Part shown: piece after piece, positions 9,473 to 19,139 of the stretch | Numbering within the stretch: the stretch's first letter is position 1 | How the letters are laid out: each line of letters opens with the position of its first letter | Origin: Pseudobdellovibrionaceae bacterium | Lineage (GTDB): Bacteria > Bdellovibrionota > Bdellovibrionia > Bdellovibrionales > Bdellovibrionaceae | Length of the DNA: 45,995 bases | Direction of reading: 5' to 3' | NCBI GenBank assembly: GCA_041288045.1 | Contig: JBGGMM010000004.1 | Location: 1-45,995, forward strand | Notes under the pieces: generated by a model | Databases searched by the model: none | What the model saw: only the letters and a program-made list of their open reading frames with translations | What the model was told of the DNA's origin: nothing | Position numbers and translations under genes: made by a program

Positions 9473-9961
9473 TTATTTTGAATTGGAACTCTTTAAATTT
9501 TTTAAAAGACCGATCATTTCCATGACCACTTCGGCAGCTTCCGCACCTTTGTTGCCGTGTTTTCCCCCCGCTCGCGCTTCAGCTTGTTCGTCGTTCTCGG
9601 TTGTCAGAACTCCAAAGCCGATGGGTTTTTTATACTGAAGCATGAGCTCGGTGACCCCGCGCTCAACGCTGTTACAGACGTAATCGTAATGACTGGTTTC
9701 ACCCCGAATCACACATCCAAGGGCCACCACTCCGTCACATCCCAAATCCAAAAGGGCCTGCGTAGCCAAGGGGATCTCGACAGCTCCTGGCACTCTGAGT
9801 GCCATCACTTCAAGATCGCTGAGCTCCAGAGATTCGAGATAGTTCAAAGCTCCGGATTCAAGTTTTTCAGTGATTTCGCTATTGAAGCGTGAGGTGACCA
9901 CTCCGATTCGCAGTCGATTGGCTTTCTTTACTGGTGTCTTCTTTGCTGTTTTCTTTGCCAT
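9473..9961 (-). CDS. ribH: 6,7-dimethyl-8-ribityllumazine synthase
   Basis: SRFN, VPGAVEIP, GCVIRGETSHYDYV, GNKG motifs; start placed after AGAGGA. Confidence 0.96.
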   Translation of the reverse strand: MAKKTAKKTPVKKANRLRIGVVTSRFNSEITEKLESGALNYLESLELSDLEVMALRVPGAVEIPLATQALLDLGCDGVVALGCVIRGETSHYDYVCNSVERGVTELMLQYKKPIGFGVLTTENDEQAEARAGGKHGNKGAEAAEVVMEMIGLLKNLKSSNSK

Positions 9962-11078
9962 GATCATCCTCTTTCAGTGAAACCCATTCGACAATTTCCA
10001 AATCAAAAGCCTTCAGTCCGACCCGCTTTTCAACTCGATTGCTCAAAAGTCGGATTTGATGAGCTCCGACCGCCCTGAGAATCTGAGCGCCGATTCCATA
10101 GTCTCGGGAATCCATTTCGGGAGTGTGTTTTTCTCCGCAAATGGCTTTGATTTCTCCGACCAGCCCTCGCGGCTGATTCAAACCACGCAAAAGGACAAGA
10201 AGCCCTTCTCCCTCATTTTGAATTTGCACAAGAGCTTGTTGCAAAGACGATTCGCCATTTTGGAGCTGGCAGAATAGATCACGAGATCCGCCATCGACAT
10301 GCACACGCACTAGAGTGGGGCGATCTTTGCTGACTTCGCCTTTTTGCAGAACCAAATGCTCGGCACCATCAATTTTACTTTTGAAAACACGCGCTTTGAA
10401 GCCATGAAACTGGGCCGGAAGCTCGACGTGGAGAAGTTCTTCGACGAGCACTTCACGCGAAAGGCGGTATTCGATCAGATCGACGATGGTGCCGATTTTG
10501 ATCCCATGTTTTTGAGCGAATTTTTTAAGGTCCGGAACTCGGGCCATGCTTCCGTCTGAATTCATCACTTCGCAAATGACTGCAGCCGGCTGAAGACCCG
10601 CAAGCTTCGCCAGATCCACACTGCCTTCAGTGTGTCCAGCACGTTTCAGAACTCCGCCCTGTTGAGCTCGAATCGGGAAAATATGTCCAGGCATGTGAAC
10701 ATCGCTGGGCTTTGCTTCTGGATTGCTTGCCACTTTGATTGTGTGAGCGCGATCGGCAGCAGAAATTCCAGTGCTAACGCCCCATGAAGCTTCAATTGAA
10801 ACAGTAAAAGCTGTTTTGTTCGGAGAAAAATTTTGATCATCACGAACCATTTGTGGAAGCTGCAGACGATCAATTTGTTGAGAAGAAAGAGCAAGACAGA
10901 TCAAACCCCGAGCTTCCAACGCCATGAAATTAATCAGAGTTGGAGTGACATGGTCGGCTGCCAGAACAAGATCACCTTCATTTTCACGATCTTCGTCATC
11001 AACTAGCAAAACCATTTTGCCCTGACGAATGTCTTCAATGAGATCTTCGATGGGGTCAAATCCTTCGGGTTTTTTCAT
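9879..11078 (-). CDS. ribB: DHBP synthase fused to a degenerate GTP cyclohydrolase II-like domain (RibBX-type)
   Basis: [29 protein letters not shown]; the C-domain lacks the Zn-binding Cys cluster. Confidence 0.9.
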   Translation of the reverse strand: MKKPEGFDPIEDLIEDIRQGKMVLLVDDEDRENEGDLVLAADHVTPTLINFMALEARGLICLALSSQQIDRLQLPQMVRDDQNFSPNKTAFTVSIEASWGVSTGISAADRAHTIKVASNPEAKPSDVHMPGHIFPIRAQQGGVLKRAGHTEGSVDLAKLAGLQPAAVICEVMNSDGSMARVPDLKKFAQKHGIKIGTIVDLIEYRLSREVLVEELLHVELPAQFHGFKARVFKSKIDGAEHLVLQKGEVSKDRPTLVRVHVDGGSRDLFCQLQNGESSLQQALVQIQNEGEGLLVLLRGLNQPRGLVGEIKAICGEKHTPEMDSRDYGIGAQILRAVGAHQIRLLSNRVEKRVGLKAFDLEIVEWVSLKEDDHGKENSKEDTSKESQSTANRSGHLTLQ

Positions 11079-11695
11079 AAATGAAGTTCTTTCTGGGTTT
11101 GAAGCATTCTCTGCAGAGCTTTGGCCATGTAATCAGGCTCGACATTCACGAAATCATTTTTTTTAAGGGAACCTAAATTGGTTCTTTTCAGGGTTTCGGG
11201 AATCAAGCCGACACTGACCACAGAGTTCTGCAGTTCATTCACTGTCAGGCTGACGCCGTTTAAAGTGATGCTGCCTTTTTTCCAAAGAAAGGGCAGAACA
11301 TTTTCAGACACTTGAATGTCCAGGGCCCAGTTTTCGCTGGAACCTTCTGAGCGAAGAACCTTTCCTAAACTATCGACATGGCCCGTGACCAAATGTCCAT
11401 GAATTCGATCGCCGAATCGAAGTGATCTTTCCAGGTTCACTTGGCGCTGCAGAAGTCGCTCTGGATTTTCAGGTGACCATTGCAAAACTCGCAAAGTTTC
11501 AGCTGCCAATGCAAAAGTGATTTGGTCTTGGTTGAAAGCTTCAACAGTCAGACATACGCCGTCAGCTGCCAGACTGTCGCCTATCTTTAAATCATTGAAT
11601 TCACTGGGTTTTCGAATGCCAATGCGGATAAGAGAACCCTCTCCTTTTTGCACTGAAACGATAGGCTGAACGGATTCGACAATTCCTGAAAACAT
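11075..11695 (-). CDS. ribE: Riboflavin synthase (alpha chain)
   Basis: MFSGIVE N-terminus, GVCLTV, VNLERS, GHLVTGHVD. Confidence 0.95.
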   Translation of the reverse strand: MFSGIVESVQPIVSVQKGEGSLIRIGIRKPSEFNDLKIGDSLAADGVCLTVEAFNQDQITFALAAETLRVLQWSPENPERLLQRQVNLERSLRFGDRIHGHLVTGHVDSLGKVLRSEGSSENWALDIQVSENVLPFLWKKGSITLNGVSLTVNELQNSVVSVGLIPETLKRTNLGSLKKNDFVNVEPDYMAKALQRMLQTQKELHL

Positions 11696-11787
11696 AGGGA
11701 TGCGCACTTGTATCACTGGCAGTCGGCGAACACAAGAGCATGGCAATTTGTACAGGTGCTACAAGCCCAGATGGTCCTTAAATGGTT

Positions 11788-12126
11788 CTAGCGATGCCTG
11801 AGCAAAGCCTCTAAAAAAGGCTCCCAACCTGGAAAGGATGTCACTCGTCCCAGAAGCTTTTGGCCCTTGAAGAAAAGGAAAGTAGGGATTCCATGAAGGC
11901 CGAAACGAATACCGAGATCGGAGTGGACATACGTATTGACATGAAACCAATCGATTTGAGGATCGAGGACCTCTTCATAATGATCTTCTAAATGCAGTTT
12001 GGCGACTTCGCAATTGGGACACTGACGTCCCCAGAAAAAAACGATTTTAAGACGGCTGTCAGCCTGAAGGATTGAAGTGTCAAAAGTCTCAGGAGTTAAT
12101 TCAGGAATGCGATCGAGAAATCCCAT
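11788..12126 (-). CDS. Thioredoxin-family protein
   Basis: W..QCPNC CxxC motif and GIPT cis-Pro. Confidence 0.85.
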   Translation of the reverse strand: MGFLDRIPELTPETFDTSILQADSRLKIVFFWGRQCPNCEVAKLHLEDHYEEVLDPQIDWFHVNTYVHSDLGIRFGLHGIPTFLFFKGQKLLGRVTSFPGWEPFLEALLRHR

Positions 12127-12147
12127 TCCTGAATTAAATTGGAGTTT

Positions 12148-13212
12148 TTAGGAACCGGCAAGTTTTTGTTGGCTTGTGTTTTTACTGTCTTTGGGCGGAA
12201 CCATTTTTTTCAAATAAACACGAGAGCCTGGCTGGATTTTTGTGCCATTGCTGTCCTGCTGAATGATCTCGGCGCGAGAGACCGTATCGCCGACCCGACG
12301 AACCACAGCCACAGCGATCGGCTTTCCAGGATCTGTGTCCGGAATGCTATTCTGCAATTGAGATTCGCAAATCTTGCCTTTCCATTCGTATTGGACATTG
12401 TAGACTTCGAGCACATCGCCTTCTTTAAGACCCGCATCTGCTGCGCCACCTGCATTGATCAGAATGTGAGTGTCGCAATTTCGCAAAATGGTCGCAAACC
12501 AAGGTGAATTTTGATCCATTTGCTTTTTGAGATCCAAGATCCCGCTGGTCATGGCTTTGTGAACCACTCCAGCCAAGTCGGATTTGAAATAGCCATTGAA
12601 GCCCAAAAACCCGTAACCGAAATTGACACTGAATTCGCGGCGATTGGCTTTTGGAGTGGATGAAGCCAAATGATGACCATCAATAAATGGATCATCGGCG
12701 TCGAAGGCCATTGTCAAAACGGCTTTCTTGGCCTGAAAGCCAGCACTAATCGGAGTGGAGCCGATAAGATTCACAGTCAAACCGACAGAATTGGTCAATT
12801 CAAATCCTGTGACTGCTCCATTGATAGAAGCTTGAGGAGCATTGATCATGCAGGTCGCAACAATTGAATGCTCACCTCGAGCTTTGGCTTGAAGCGAATT
12901 TTCAGAGGTCAAAACATCATCATCACATCTGTTGAATTCTTCACGATCCGACATCGTCATTTGTTCCAATTCGAATGTTCCGTCCATTGTGGAAGTCGAA
13001 AAGGATTGCGTCTTTCTGAGAACATCTTGAAGCTGAGCATTGGCAGCGAATTGAAAATCAAATTTGCCACCTTCGGGCAGCTGAATTTGAGGGGCTGTGA
13101 TCATTCCAAGCTCAACCCGTCTTCGAAGTTCTCGGGACTGAGGTTTGTCTTCGCACTTTTGATTGGCCATGCTAAGTAAAGCGATCGGTAAAAGAATCAA
13201 AATTTTTTTCAT
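12148..13212 (-). CDS. Secreted/lipoprotein hypothetical protein with FlgT-C-like beta C-terminus
   Basis: Signal peptide; INAG...GLKEGDVLEVY pattern near the C-terminus. Confidence 0.55.
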   Translation of the reverse strand: MKKILILLPIALLSMANQKCEDKPQSRELRRRVELGMITAPQIQLPEGGKFDFQFAANAQLQDVLRKTQSFSTSTMDGTFELEQMTMSDREEFNRCDDDVLTSENSLQAKARGEHSIVATCMINAPQASINGAVTGFELTNSVGLTVNLIGSTPISAGFQAKKAVLTMAFDADDPFIDGHHLASSTPKANRREFSVNFGYGFLGFNGYFKSDLAGVVHKAMTSGILDLKKQMDQNSPWFATILRNCDTHILINAGGAADAGLKEGDVLEVYNVQYEWKGKICESQLQNSIPDTDPGKPIAVAVVRRVGDTVSRAEIIQQDSNGTKIQPGSRVYLKKMVPPKDSKNTSQQKLAGS

Positions 13213-13241
13213 GCGCTTCTCCTCTCGACTGGACAGGACTT

Positions 13242-13268
13242 TTATCGGTGGCTCAGAACTTCAGTGTA
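13242..13268 (-). promoter_or_regulatory. Candidate sigma28 (FliA) promoter
   Basis: TACA-N15-ACCGATAA vs consensus TAAA-N15-GCCGATAA, 30 nt upstream of the ATG. Confidence 0.6.
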
Positions 13269-13515
13269 GTCGAGTTGTGAAAATCTCGCCCTCAGTCCAG
13301 CAAACCCTTGAGTTGAATGGAAAATTGAGATTATTGCTTCAGGCTGAGACGGACTAAGTGTTGAGAATGATTAAGTGTCAGGCGACAAAGAAGAATTTTT
13401 TAACTCTCCGAGCGAAAACGAGATCAACAAGTTCATTGGATTGCTCGACCTCGAGGACCAAGGTCGAGAGTCATTTTGCAAAAAGCGAATAGTGATTGAT
13501 CAGTCGAGCCTCTTT

Positions 13516-16107
13516 TTAGAGTTTGGCCTTTTCCAATTCAAGTTGCGAACCTTTGACCTTCACACTCACCCGATCACCGGATTTTAAGTGACCCGAAATC
13601 AATTCTTTTGAGAGCGGATTGAGCAATTCGCTTTGAATCACTCTTTTCAAGGGCCTTGCTCCATAAATGGGGTCGTAACCTTTTGCCGCGAGCCATTCGA
13701 TGGACTGATCGGTGAAATCGATTGTGATTTTTTTGCTTTTGAGCCGCTCTTCAACTGCTTTCAATTGCACTCGCACAATTCCGGCGATCTGTGCTTCGCC
13801 GAGAGAATTGTAAATGACAACCTCATCAACGCGATTGAGGAACTCGGGGCGAAATTGCGCTTTAAGTGCTTCTCGAACGGCCTCTTCGCGATCCTCGGCT
13901 GACATTTTGGGGTCAAGAATCGATTGCGATCCCACATTGGAAGTCATGATGAGAACTGTGTTCTTAAAGTCCACAGTTCTTCCTTGGCCATCTGTTAATC
14001 GCCCCTCATCCAAAACCTGCAAGAGAATGTTAAAGACATCAGGATGTGCTTTTTCGATTTCATCCAAAAGCACGACGCTGTAGGGACGTCGCCGGATGGC
14101 TTCGGTCAGCTGCCCACCCTCTTCATAGCCAACATATCCGGGAGGAGCACCCACAAGACGAGAGACCGAATGTTTTTCCATGTATTCGCTCATATCAATG
14201 CGAATGACCGCTTGTTCGTCGTCAAAAAGAAATTCGGCCAGGGCTTTCACAGTTTCGGTTTTTCCAACCCCGGTGGGTCCCAGGAACATAAAGGTCCCGA
14301 TGGGACGATTGGGATCTGAAATTTCAGCTCGCGCTCTGCGAATGGCGTCGGCGACAATTCTTAGGGCATGATCTTGACCGACGACTCGGGCTGCCAGCAT
14401 TTCTTCCATTTTCAAAAGCTTGATGGTTTCGCTTTCCAGCATTTTCTGAACTGGAACTCCAGTCCATTTGGCAACGACTTCGGCGACTTCTTCGGTGCTG
14501 ACTTCTTCTTTGAGCATTCGCTCGCCAGAGGCCGCCTTCTCCGCTTTGTCCGTGTAGGTTTTTAATTTTTTCTCAAGCTCGGGAAGCTTGCCGTATTTCA
14601 ATTCGGCGGCTTTGCCCAGATCTCCGACTCTTTCCGCTTTGGCAATTTCATTGCGAACACTTTCGATGGCTTCTTTGGTCTTTTTGATTTCTTCGATACC
14701 GCCTTTTTCGAAGGACCACTGCTCGCGAAGCACTTGATTTTTGGCCTGCAATTCATGAATTTCTTTGTCGAGAAGCCCCAGGCGCTCTTTGGCTGAAGCG
14801 TCTTTTTCTTTTTTCAGGGCTTCCTTTTCCACTCGAAGCTGCATCAGCTTTCTTTCGATTTCATCGACTTCTTCAGGCACACTGCCGATTTCAATGCTCA
14901 GCTTGCTTGCTGCTTCATCAATCAAATCGATGGCTTTGTCCGGCAGGAACCTCGAAGTGATATAACGATGCGAAAGCTTCACTGCGGCCACCAAGGCCGA
15001 ATCGGTGATGCGCACGCCGTGATGGACTTCGTATTTTTCTTTCAGGCCGCGAAGAATTGTGATTGCGTCTTCGACCGAAGGCTCCTGGACCAGCACTTGT
15101 TGAAAGCGTCTTTCTAAGGCCGCGTCCTTTTCTATATATTTGCGGTACTCATCCAAAGTGGTGGCACCAATACAGCGAAGTTCCCCACGCGCTAGAGCGG
15201 GCTTTAAGAGTTGACCTGCGTCCATGGCTCCTTCGGCTTTTCCAGCCCCGACCAAAGTGTGTAGCTCATCAATAAAGAGAACGATTTGCCCATCGCTTGA
15301 AGTGACCTCTTTAATGACGGCTTTCAAACGATCTTCGAATTCGCCTCGGTATTTGGCGCCCGCCACCAATGAACCCATGTCGAGTGCCATCAATTTTTTA
15401 CCAACGAGATTTTCAGGCACGTCGTGTTTCAATATGCGAACAGCCAGACCTTCAGCGATTGCAGTTTTGCCAACTCCGGGCTCACCAATCAGAACTGGAT
15501 TGTTTTTCGTCCGACGAGAGAGAACCTGAATGACTCTGCGGATTTCCTCGTCCCGACCCACGACCGGGTCCAATTTTCCTTCGGCTGCCAATGCCGTTAG
15601 ATCGCGAGCATATTTATTGAGGACTTCGTATTTATTTTCGGGGTCTTCATCAGTGACCTTTTGATTTCCACGCATATCTTGCAAAGCCTTTTCAATATTT
15701 TTTAAATTCACATCATTTTTTTTGAGGAGATTTGAAATTTCACCATCTCCACCACGAAGCATGGCTAAAAGAAAGTGTTCAGTGGAAATGTAAGTATCAT
15801 CCATTTTACGAGTTTCTTGGTCGGCCGCAGAGAAAAGCCGAATCAACCTTTGTCCGGCAGCGACTTTAGCACCACTGCCGCTGACCCGCGGGAGTTTCTC
15901 GAGCTTGGTGTCTAAATCCACCATCAAGGCTTTGGCCGAGACTTGAGCTTTTTCCAGCAGTCGGGGCACAATCCCTTCGGATTGTTGAATCAATGCGAGA
16001 AGCAGGTGCTCAGGTTCCACCGAGGGATTGCCCCTGCGCTCTGCCATCGAGGCAGCTGCTTGCATGGCTTCTTGGCTTTTTCTGGTCATCTTTTCAATTT
16101 CATTCAT
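13516..16107 (-). CDS. clpB: ATP-dependent chaperone ClpB
   Basis: Two AAA+ modules ([16 protein letters not shown]), long M-domain, 863 aa. Confidence 0.98.
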   Translation of the reverse strand: MNEIEKMTRKSQEAMQAAASMAERRGNPSVEPEHLLLALIQQSEGIVPRLLEKAQVSAKALMVDLDTKLEKLPRVSGSGAKVAAGQRLIRLFSAADQETRKMDDTYISTEHFLLAMLRGGDGEISNLLKKNDVNLKNIEKALQDMRGNQKVTDEDPENKYEVLNKYARDLTALAAEGKLDPVVGRDEEIRRVIQVLSRRTKNNPVLIGEPGVGKTAIAEGLAVRILKHDVPENLVGKKLMALDMGSLVAGAKYRGEFEDRLKAVIKEVTSSDGQIVLFIDELHTLVGAGKAEGAMDAGQLLKPALARGELRCIGATTLDEYRKYIEKDAALERRFQQVLVQEPSVEDAITILRGLKEKYEVHHGVRITDSALVAAVKLSHRYITSRFLPDKAIDLIDEAASKLSIEIGSVPEEVDEIERKLMQLRVEKEALKKEKDASAKERLGLLDKEIHELQAKNQVLREQWSFEKGGIEEIKKTKEAIESVRNEIAKAERVGDLGKAAELKYGKLPELEKKLKTYTDKAEKAASGERMLKEEVSTEEVAEVVAKWTGVPVQKMLESETIKLLKMEEMLAARVVGQDHALRIVADAIRRARAEISDPNRPIGTFMFLGPTGVGKTETVKALAEFLFDDEQAVIRIDMSEYMEKHSVSRLVGAPPGYVGYEEGGQLTEAIRRRPYSVVLLDEIEKAHPDVFNILLQVLDEGRLTDGQGRTVDFKNTVLIMTSNVGSQSILDPKMSAEDREEAVREALKAQFRPEFLNRVDEVVIYNSLGEAQIAGIVRVQLKAVEERLKSKKITIDFTDQSIEWLAAKGYDPIYGARPLKRVIQSELLNPLSKELISGHLKSGDRVSVKVKGSQLELEKAKL

Positions 16108-16139
16108 TGCGTGCTTCCCACTGATCTTTTCTTTATGTT

Positions 16140-16168
16140 AATCATGGGCTCTCAAGAAGGAATGTCAA
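16140..16168 (-). promoter_or_regulatory. Candidate heat-shock (sigma32) or sigma70 promoter of clpB
   Basis: TTGACA-ttccttcttgagag-CCCATGAT upstream of clpB. Confidence 0.4.
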
Positions 16169-16440
16169 TGTCCACGCCGAACGTCAAAGGACCTGTCCAA
16201 AAGTTGCACAGGCGCACACCCAAAAGATTGAGCACCAGCATTCGTTTTGATAGCGTCAATCCCACTGATTACTTGAAATATGATTTTCGTTTCGCCTGCG
16301 AGGACTGCAGTCACTTTAATTCGGAAGGCGGAAACTGCACCCTTGGTTACAACTCTGCTTGGCACCGACGAGAATTTCAAAAGAAATCCTATGAGCTGAG
16401 CGGCAAAATGGCGCTCTGTCGATTTTTAGAAATTGATTGA
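16162..16440 (+). CDS. Small Cys-rich hypothetical protein (CEDCSHF...C...C), possibly metal-binding
   Basis: 3' part of ORF 15943..16440; ATG at 16162 or 16168 after GAAGGA; divergent from clpB. Confidence 0.65.
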   Translation: MSMSTPNVKGPVQKLHRRTPKRLSTSIRFDSVNPTDYLKYDFRFACEDCSHFNSEGGNCTLGYNSAWHRREFQKKSYELSGKMALCRFLEID

Positions 16441-16448
16441 GCAACAAT

Positions 16449-16675
16449 TTGCACTCTAACTAGCGTACACCTATAGGTTGACGATAGATAACACCACCCC
16501 TCAAATGGCCTGTCCAAAAAAACTTGCCAGACGGCCCGGATGGCTGTCTGGGAGCCTTCGCATGGATGGATGCAGTTGCGTTTATCCTCGGCACCGCTGT
16601 GCTTGAGACTCCCCATCCATGATGTTGACCGTCGGTACACCATACCAAGGGTCAACATCATGGATGAGAGCTCCC
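16449..16675 (+). repeat. Dispersed structured element, copy 1 (promoter/palindrome + 85-nt core + 17-bp inverted repeat)
   Basis: Core 16525-16609 matches 29410-29494 at 76/85 nt; the upstream GCACTCT...CCTATA...GACGATA block is also shared. Confidence 0.85.
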
Positions 16676-16934
16676 GAAACTTACGTCTTCGACTGAACGT
16701 AAAGACAAAAGAAAAAATTTTATTCCGCGAGACTTTGACATTCTTTTTGTGACTTTTCGACTGCTCGACTTGCCTCGATGTCGGTCTATTGACTCAAGAG
16801 AAGGCAAAAAATTCCTTCATTTTCTCGCGTTTGGTCTGGGAAAATTCTGTTTTTCCGTCTGAAAGTCTTGGTTTTCTGGATCTGCCCTTGGTCCAATTTG
16901 CATCTAGAAACTCCATTTCAGGACTCATGTCCTG

Positions 16935-17018
16935 TCAATTTCACAGCTCAACTGTCGATCAGTCTCGTGTCAGGGCAATGACAGTTTGAATTCAAACTAC
17001 TGTAGGAAGCTCTGAAGA
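16935..17018 (+). promoter_or_regulatory. Candidate sigma28 promoter(s) of the flagellin gene
   Basis: TCAA-N15-GTCGATCA (16935-16961) and TCAA-N15-TCTGAAGA (16992-17018); perfect palindrome AGTTTGAATTCAAACT at 16983-16998. Confidence 0.45.
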
Positions 17019-17023
17019 TACCA

Positions 17024-17268
17024 ACAAGGTTGAAGGATCAACCGGAGAGTCTGAAGGTCACACTCTCCAATTACTCAGAAAGGAGGCTTTCAAGGATGAA
17101 CTAAATATTGCAAATATTTAAGGCCAAGTATCTTGAGTCAAAAGGCCATGACTCACATTAAGTGCGAAAGCACTAGGCTCGGAAGCCGCTCACGAAGAGA
17201 ACGAAACACGGAGGGATTGAAATGAAAAACAAAATTAAAGATTAAATTTTTTAACGGAGGATAGAACA
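17024..17268 (+). promoter_or_regulatory. Structured flagellin 5' leader with GGA-loop hairpins (candidate CsrA sites)
   Basis: Hairpins GGTTGA-AGGA-TCAACC, TTCA-AGGA-TGAA, GGCT-CGGA-AGCC and four further stems. Confidence 0.65.
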
Positions 17269-18102
17269 ATGGGAATGAGAGTAACAACGAATATCGCGGC
17301 CATCAACGCTCAGAGAAATCTGGTTGGCAGTCAGCGATCGATCAATAAATCAATGGCTCAATTGTCTTCAGGTTCGCGAATTAACATTGCAGCTGATGAT
17401 GCTGCCGGTTTGGCGATTTCTGAAAGATTGAAAGCTGGAATCCGATCGGCTCGTCAAGCGAACCGAAATGCGAATGACGGTATCTCAATGGTTCAAACTG
17501 CAGAAGGTGGATTGAACGAAATCAGCAACATCGTGACTCGTCTTCGTGAATTGGGAATCCAAGCAGCATCTGACACTGTCGGATCCATTGAGCGCGGTTT
17601 CCTCGATAAAGAGGTTCAACAGTTGAAATCAGAAATTCAACGTATCTCTTTGTCAACGAAGTGGGGAACAACAAATCTGTTGGATGGATCAACTCCACAG
17701 TTTGATTTCCAAGTTGGTATCTACAACAACGCTGAAGAAGATCGCATCTCTTTCAACGCTGCTGAGAATAATGCTCAGTTGGATTCATTGGGACTTGTTG
17801 GTCTTGATTACACTTCGAAAGAAGGAGCTCAAGAAGCTCTGGGTGCTCTGGATCAAGCGCAAAATTCTGTCAACGGAATGCGCGCCAACCTTGGAGCTCT
17901 TCAGAACCGATTGACTTCAACAACTGATAACTTGGGTGTTTTGGAAGAGAATATGTCAGCTGCGAACTCACGAATCCGTGACACTGACGTGGCGATGGCT
18001 TCTTCTGAAATGGTTCGAAATAACATCTTGTTGCAAGCTGGTACTTCGACTTTGGCTCAAGCCAACTCAGTCAACCAATTGGCTCTCAAGCTGATCGGTT
18101 AA
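17269..18102 (+). CDS. fliC: Flagellin (short, 277 aa)
   Basis: LSSGSRINIAADDAAGLAIS, NANDGISMVQTAEG, RIRDTDVA conserved D0/D1 termini. Confidence 0.98.
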   Translation: MGMRVTTNIAAINAQRNLVGSQRSINKSMAQLSSGSRINIAADDAAGLAISERLKAGIRSARQANRNANDGISMVQTAEGGLNEISNIVTRLRELGIQAASDTVGSIERGFLDKEVQQLKSEIQRISLSTKWGTTNLLDGSTPQFDFQVGIYNNAEEDRISFNAAENNAQLDSLGLVGLDYTSKEGAQEALGALDQAQNSVNGMRANLGALQNRLTSTTDNLGVLEENMSAANSRIRDTDVAMASSEMVRNNILLQAGTSTLAQANSVNQLALKLIG

Positions 18103-18122
18103 TCAAAATCATCAAACAGTTG

Positions 18123-18155
18123 AAAAACCCCGGGACTCAATCTCGGGGTTTTTTT
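18123..18155 (+). terminator. Intrinsic terminator after flagellin
   Basis: AAAAACCCCGGGA-ctcaa-TCTCGGGGTTTTTTT. Confidence 0.88.
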
Positions 18156-18312
18156 ATTTCTGCCGAAAGTGCCGAAATTTCAGCGAGTTTGTCTGCGGTC
18201 TCTAAAGTCCTGTCGAAGAGTTCTTCATTTTTATTCCAATTTTTTCAATAAAATCAAATACTTGTGTGTAGATCCAAAGAGAATTTTCCGATACCCTAAG
18301 AGCGAGGTGCTT

Positions 18313-19035
18313 ATGAAAAAAATAATTTCAACTCTGTTTTTGGCATCGCTTCTGATGGCCTGTGGAAAAACAGGCTTCAATACTCTCGAGGCAACTGCTC
18401 TGCCCGGCACCAATGATGGCCAAGGTGGTGGCGGTTCGGGAGACAGCCCACTCCCCTCTTGGGACAAAGTGGACATGGATGGTTTTCCGTCCAGTGGCGC
18501 CCATAAAGGGAAGTTGGTGGTTTTCGTCGATAAAATCAATCAGTCGCTTTTATTGGTTCTGCCGATTCCAGTGATTATTCCCAATATCAGCCAAATCACA
18601 TTTCCAAATTTGGATGGAGCTTACCTGACGACTTATAAGGCTGACGATGGAAGTGAGTCCTTGGCAATCAACGTTCCGCTTCGCCATGTGATTAAAGGTG
18701 GGGCATTTGCTGGCAATGAGCGTCTTCCGAATGGTGACCCCCTGCCTTTTGTCCCTTCAGGAGAACTCCCCGGTTTTGCTATCGACCTTCCTCAAATGAA
18801 GAACTATCGGGTCCATGTGTATGTGGGAACCAACGTTGCCGCGGCGTTCGTAGAGCTGCCGGATCTGCATCTTCCGATTGGTGGGACATTGCCAGTCAGA
18901 AACTCAACAAAAACAAAGATTATTGGCGCAATCGGCTATGTCTTACCGAAGGCCGCTTACAATGGCGGACTCTATCTGGCTGCTCAAATTCCAGACGAAA
19001 TGGCAGCTGTGATCGATGACCTGATCCGCTGGTAA
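18313..19035 (+). CDS. Hypothetical lipoprotein
   Basis: GAGGTG RBS, MKKIISTLFLASLLMAC lipobox; true start downstream of the ORF-track start. Confidence 0.75.
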   Translation: MKKIISTLFLASLLMACGKTGFNTLEATALPGTNDGQGGGGSGDSPLPSWDKVDMDGFPSSGAHKGKLVVFVDKINQSLLLVLPIPVIIPNISQITFPNLDGAYLTTYKADDGSESLAINVPLRHVIKGGAFAGNERLPNGDPLPFVPSGELPGFAIDLPQMKNYRVHVYVGTNVAAAFVELPDLHLPIGGTLPVRNSTKTKIIGAIGYVLPKAAYNGGLYLAAQIPDEMAAVIDDLIRW

Positions 19036-19139
19036 TCCTTTCTCAAAATTGAGAAAGAATCTGTTTACAGACTCCCTCACTTGTCGTTACCCTGGATGAG
19101 TTTTCAATTAGGGTCTAACGAATATTGAGGGAGTTTTTT

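Noticed and set aside
13444..13468. CTCGACCT/AGGTCGAG hairpin downstream of clpB
   Set aside because: No U-tract or further evidence; at most a 3'-end stabiliser.
16118..16143. TTATGTTAAT resembling the XerD arm of dif
   Set aside because: No XerC arm or central spacer match; lies within the clpB leader.
16446..16475. TTTGCACTC as a CIRCE element near clpB
   Set aside because: The second half-site GAGTGCTAA at N9 is absent, and the site is ~340 bp away beyond another gene.
16525..16609. Repeat as a CRISPR array, c-di-GMP riboswitch or IS ends
   Set aside because: Only two distant direct copies with no spacers or cas genes; GEMM consensus motifs not found; no transposase or target duplication, and the enclosed DNA is core genes.
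16389..16752. ORFs 16389..16661(-), 16460..16648(-) and 16540..16752(+) across the repeat element
   Set aside because: No RBS, no recognisable motifs, and no equivalent ORF listed at copy 2; better explained as non-coding structure.
19038..19057. CTTTCTCAA-AA-TTGAGAAAG as a TCTCA-N3-TGAGA site
   Set aside because: Spacing is N4 and it lies immediately after a stop codon; it may simply be a 3' hairpin.
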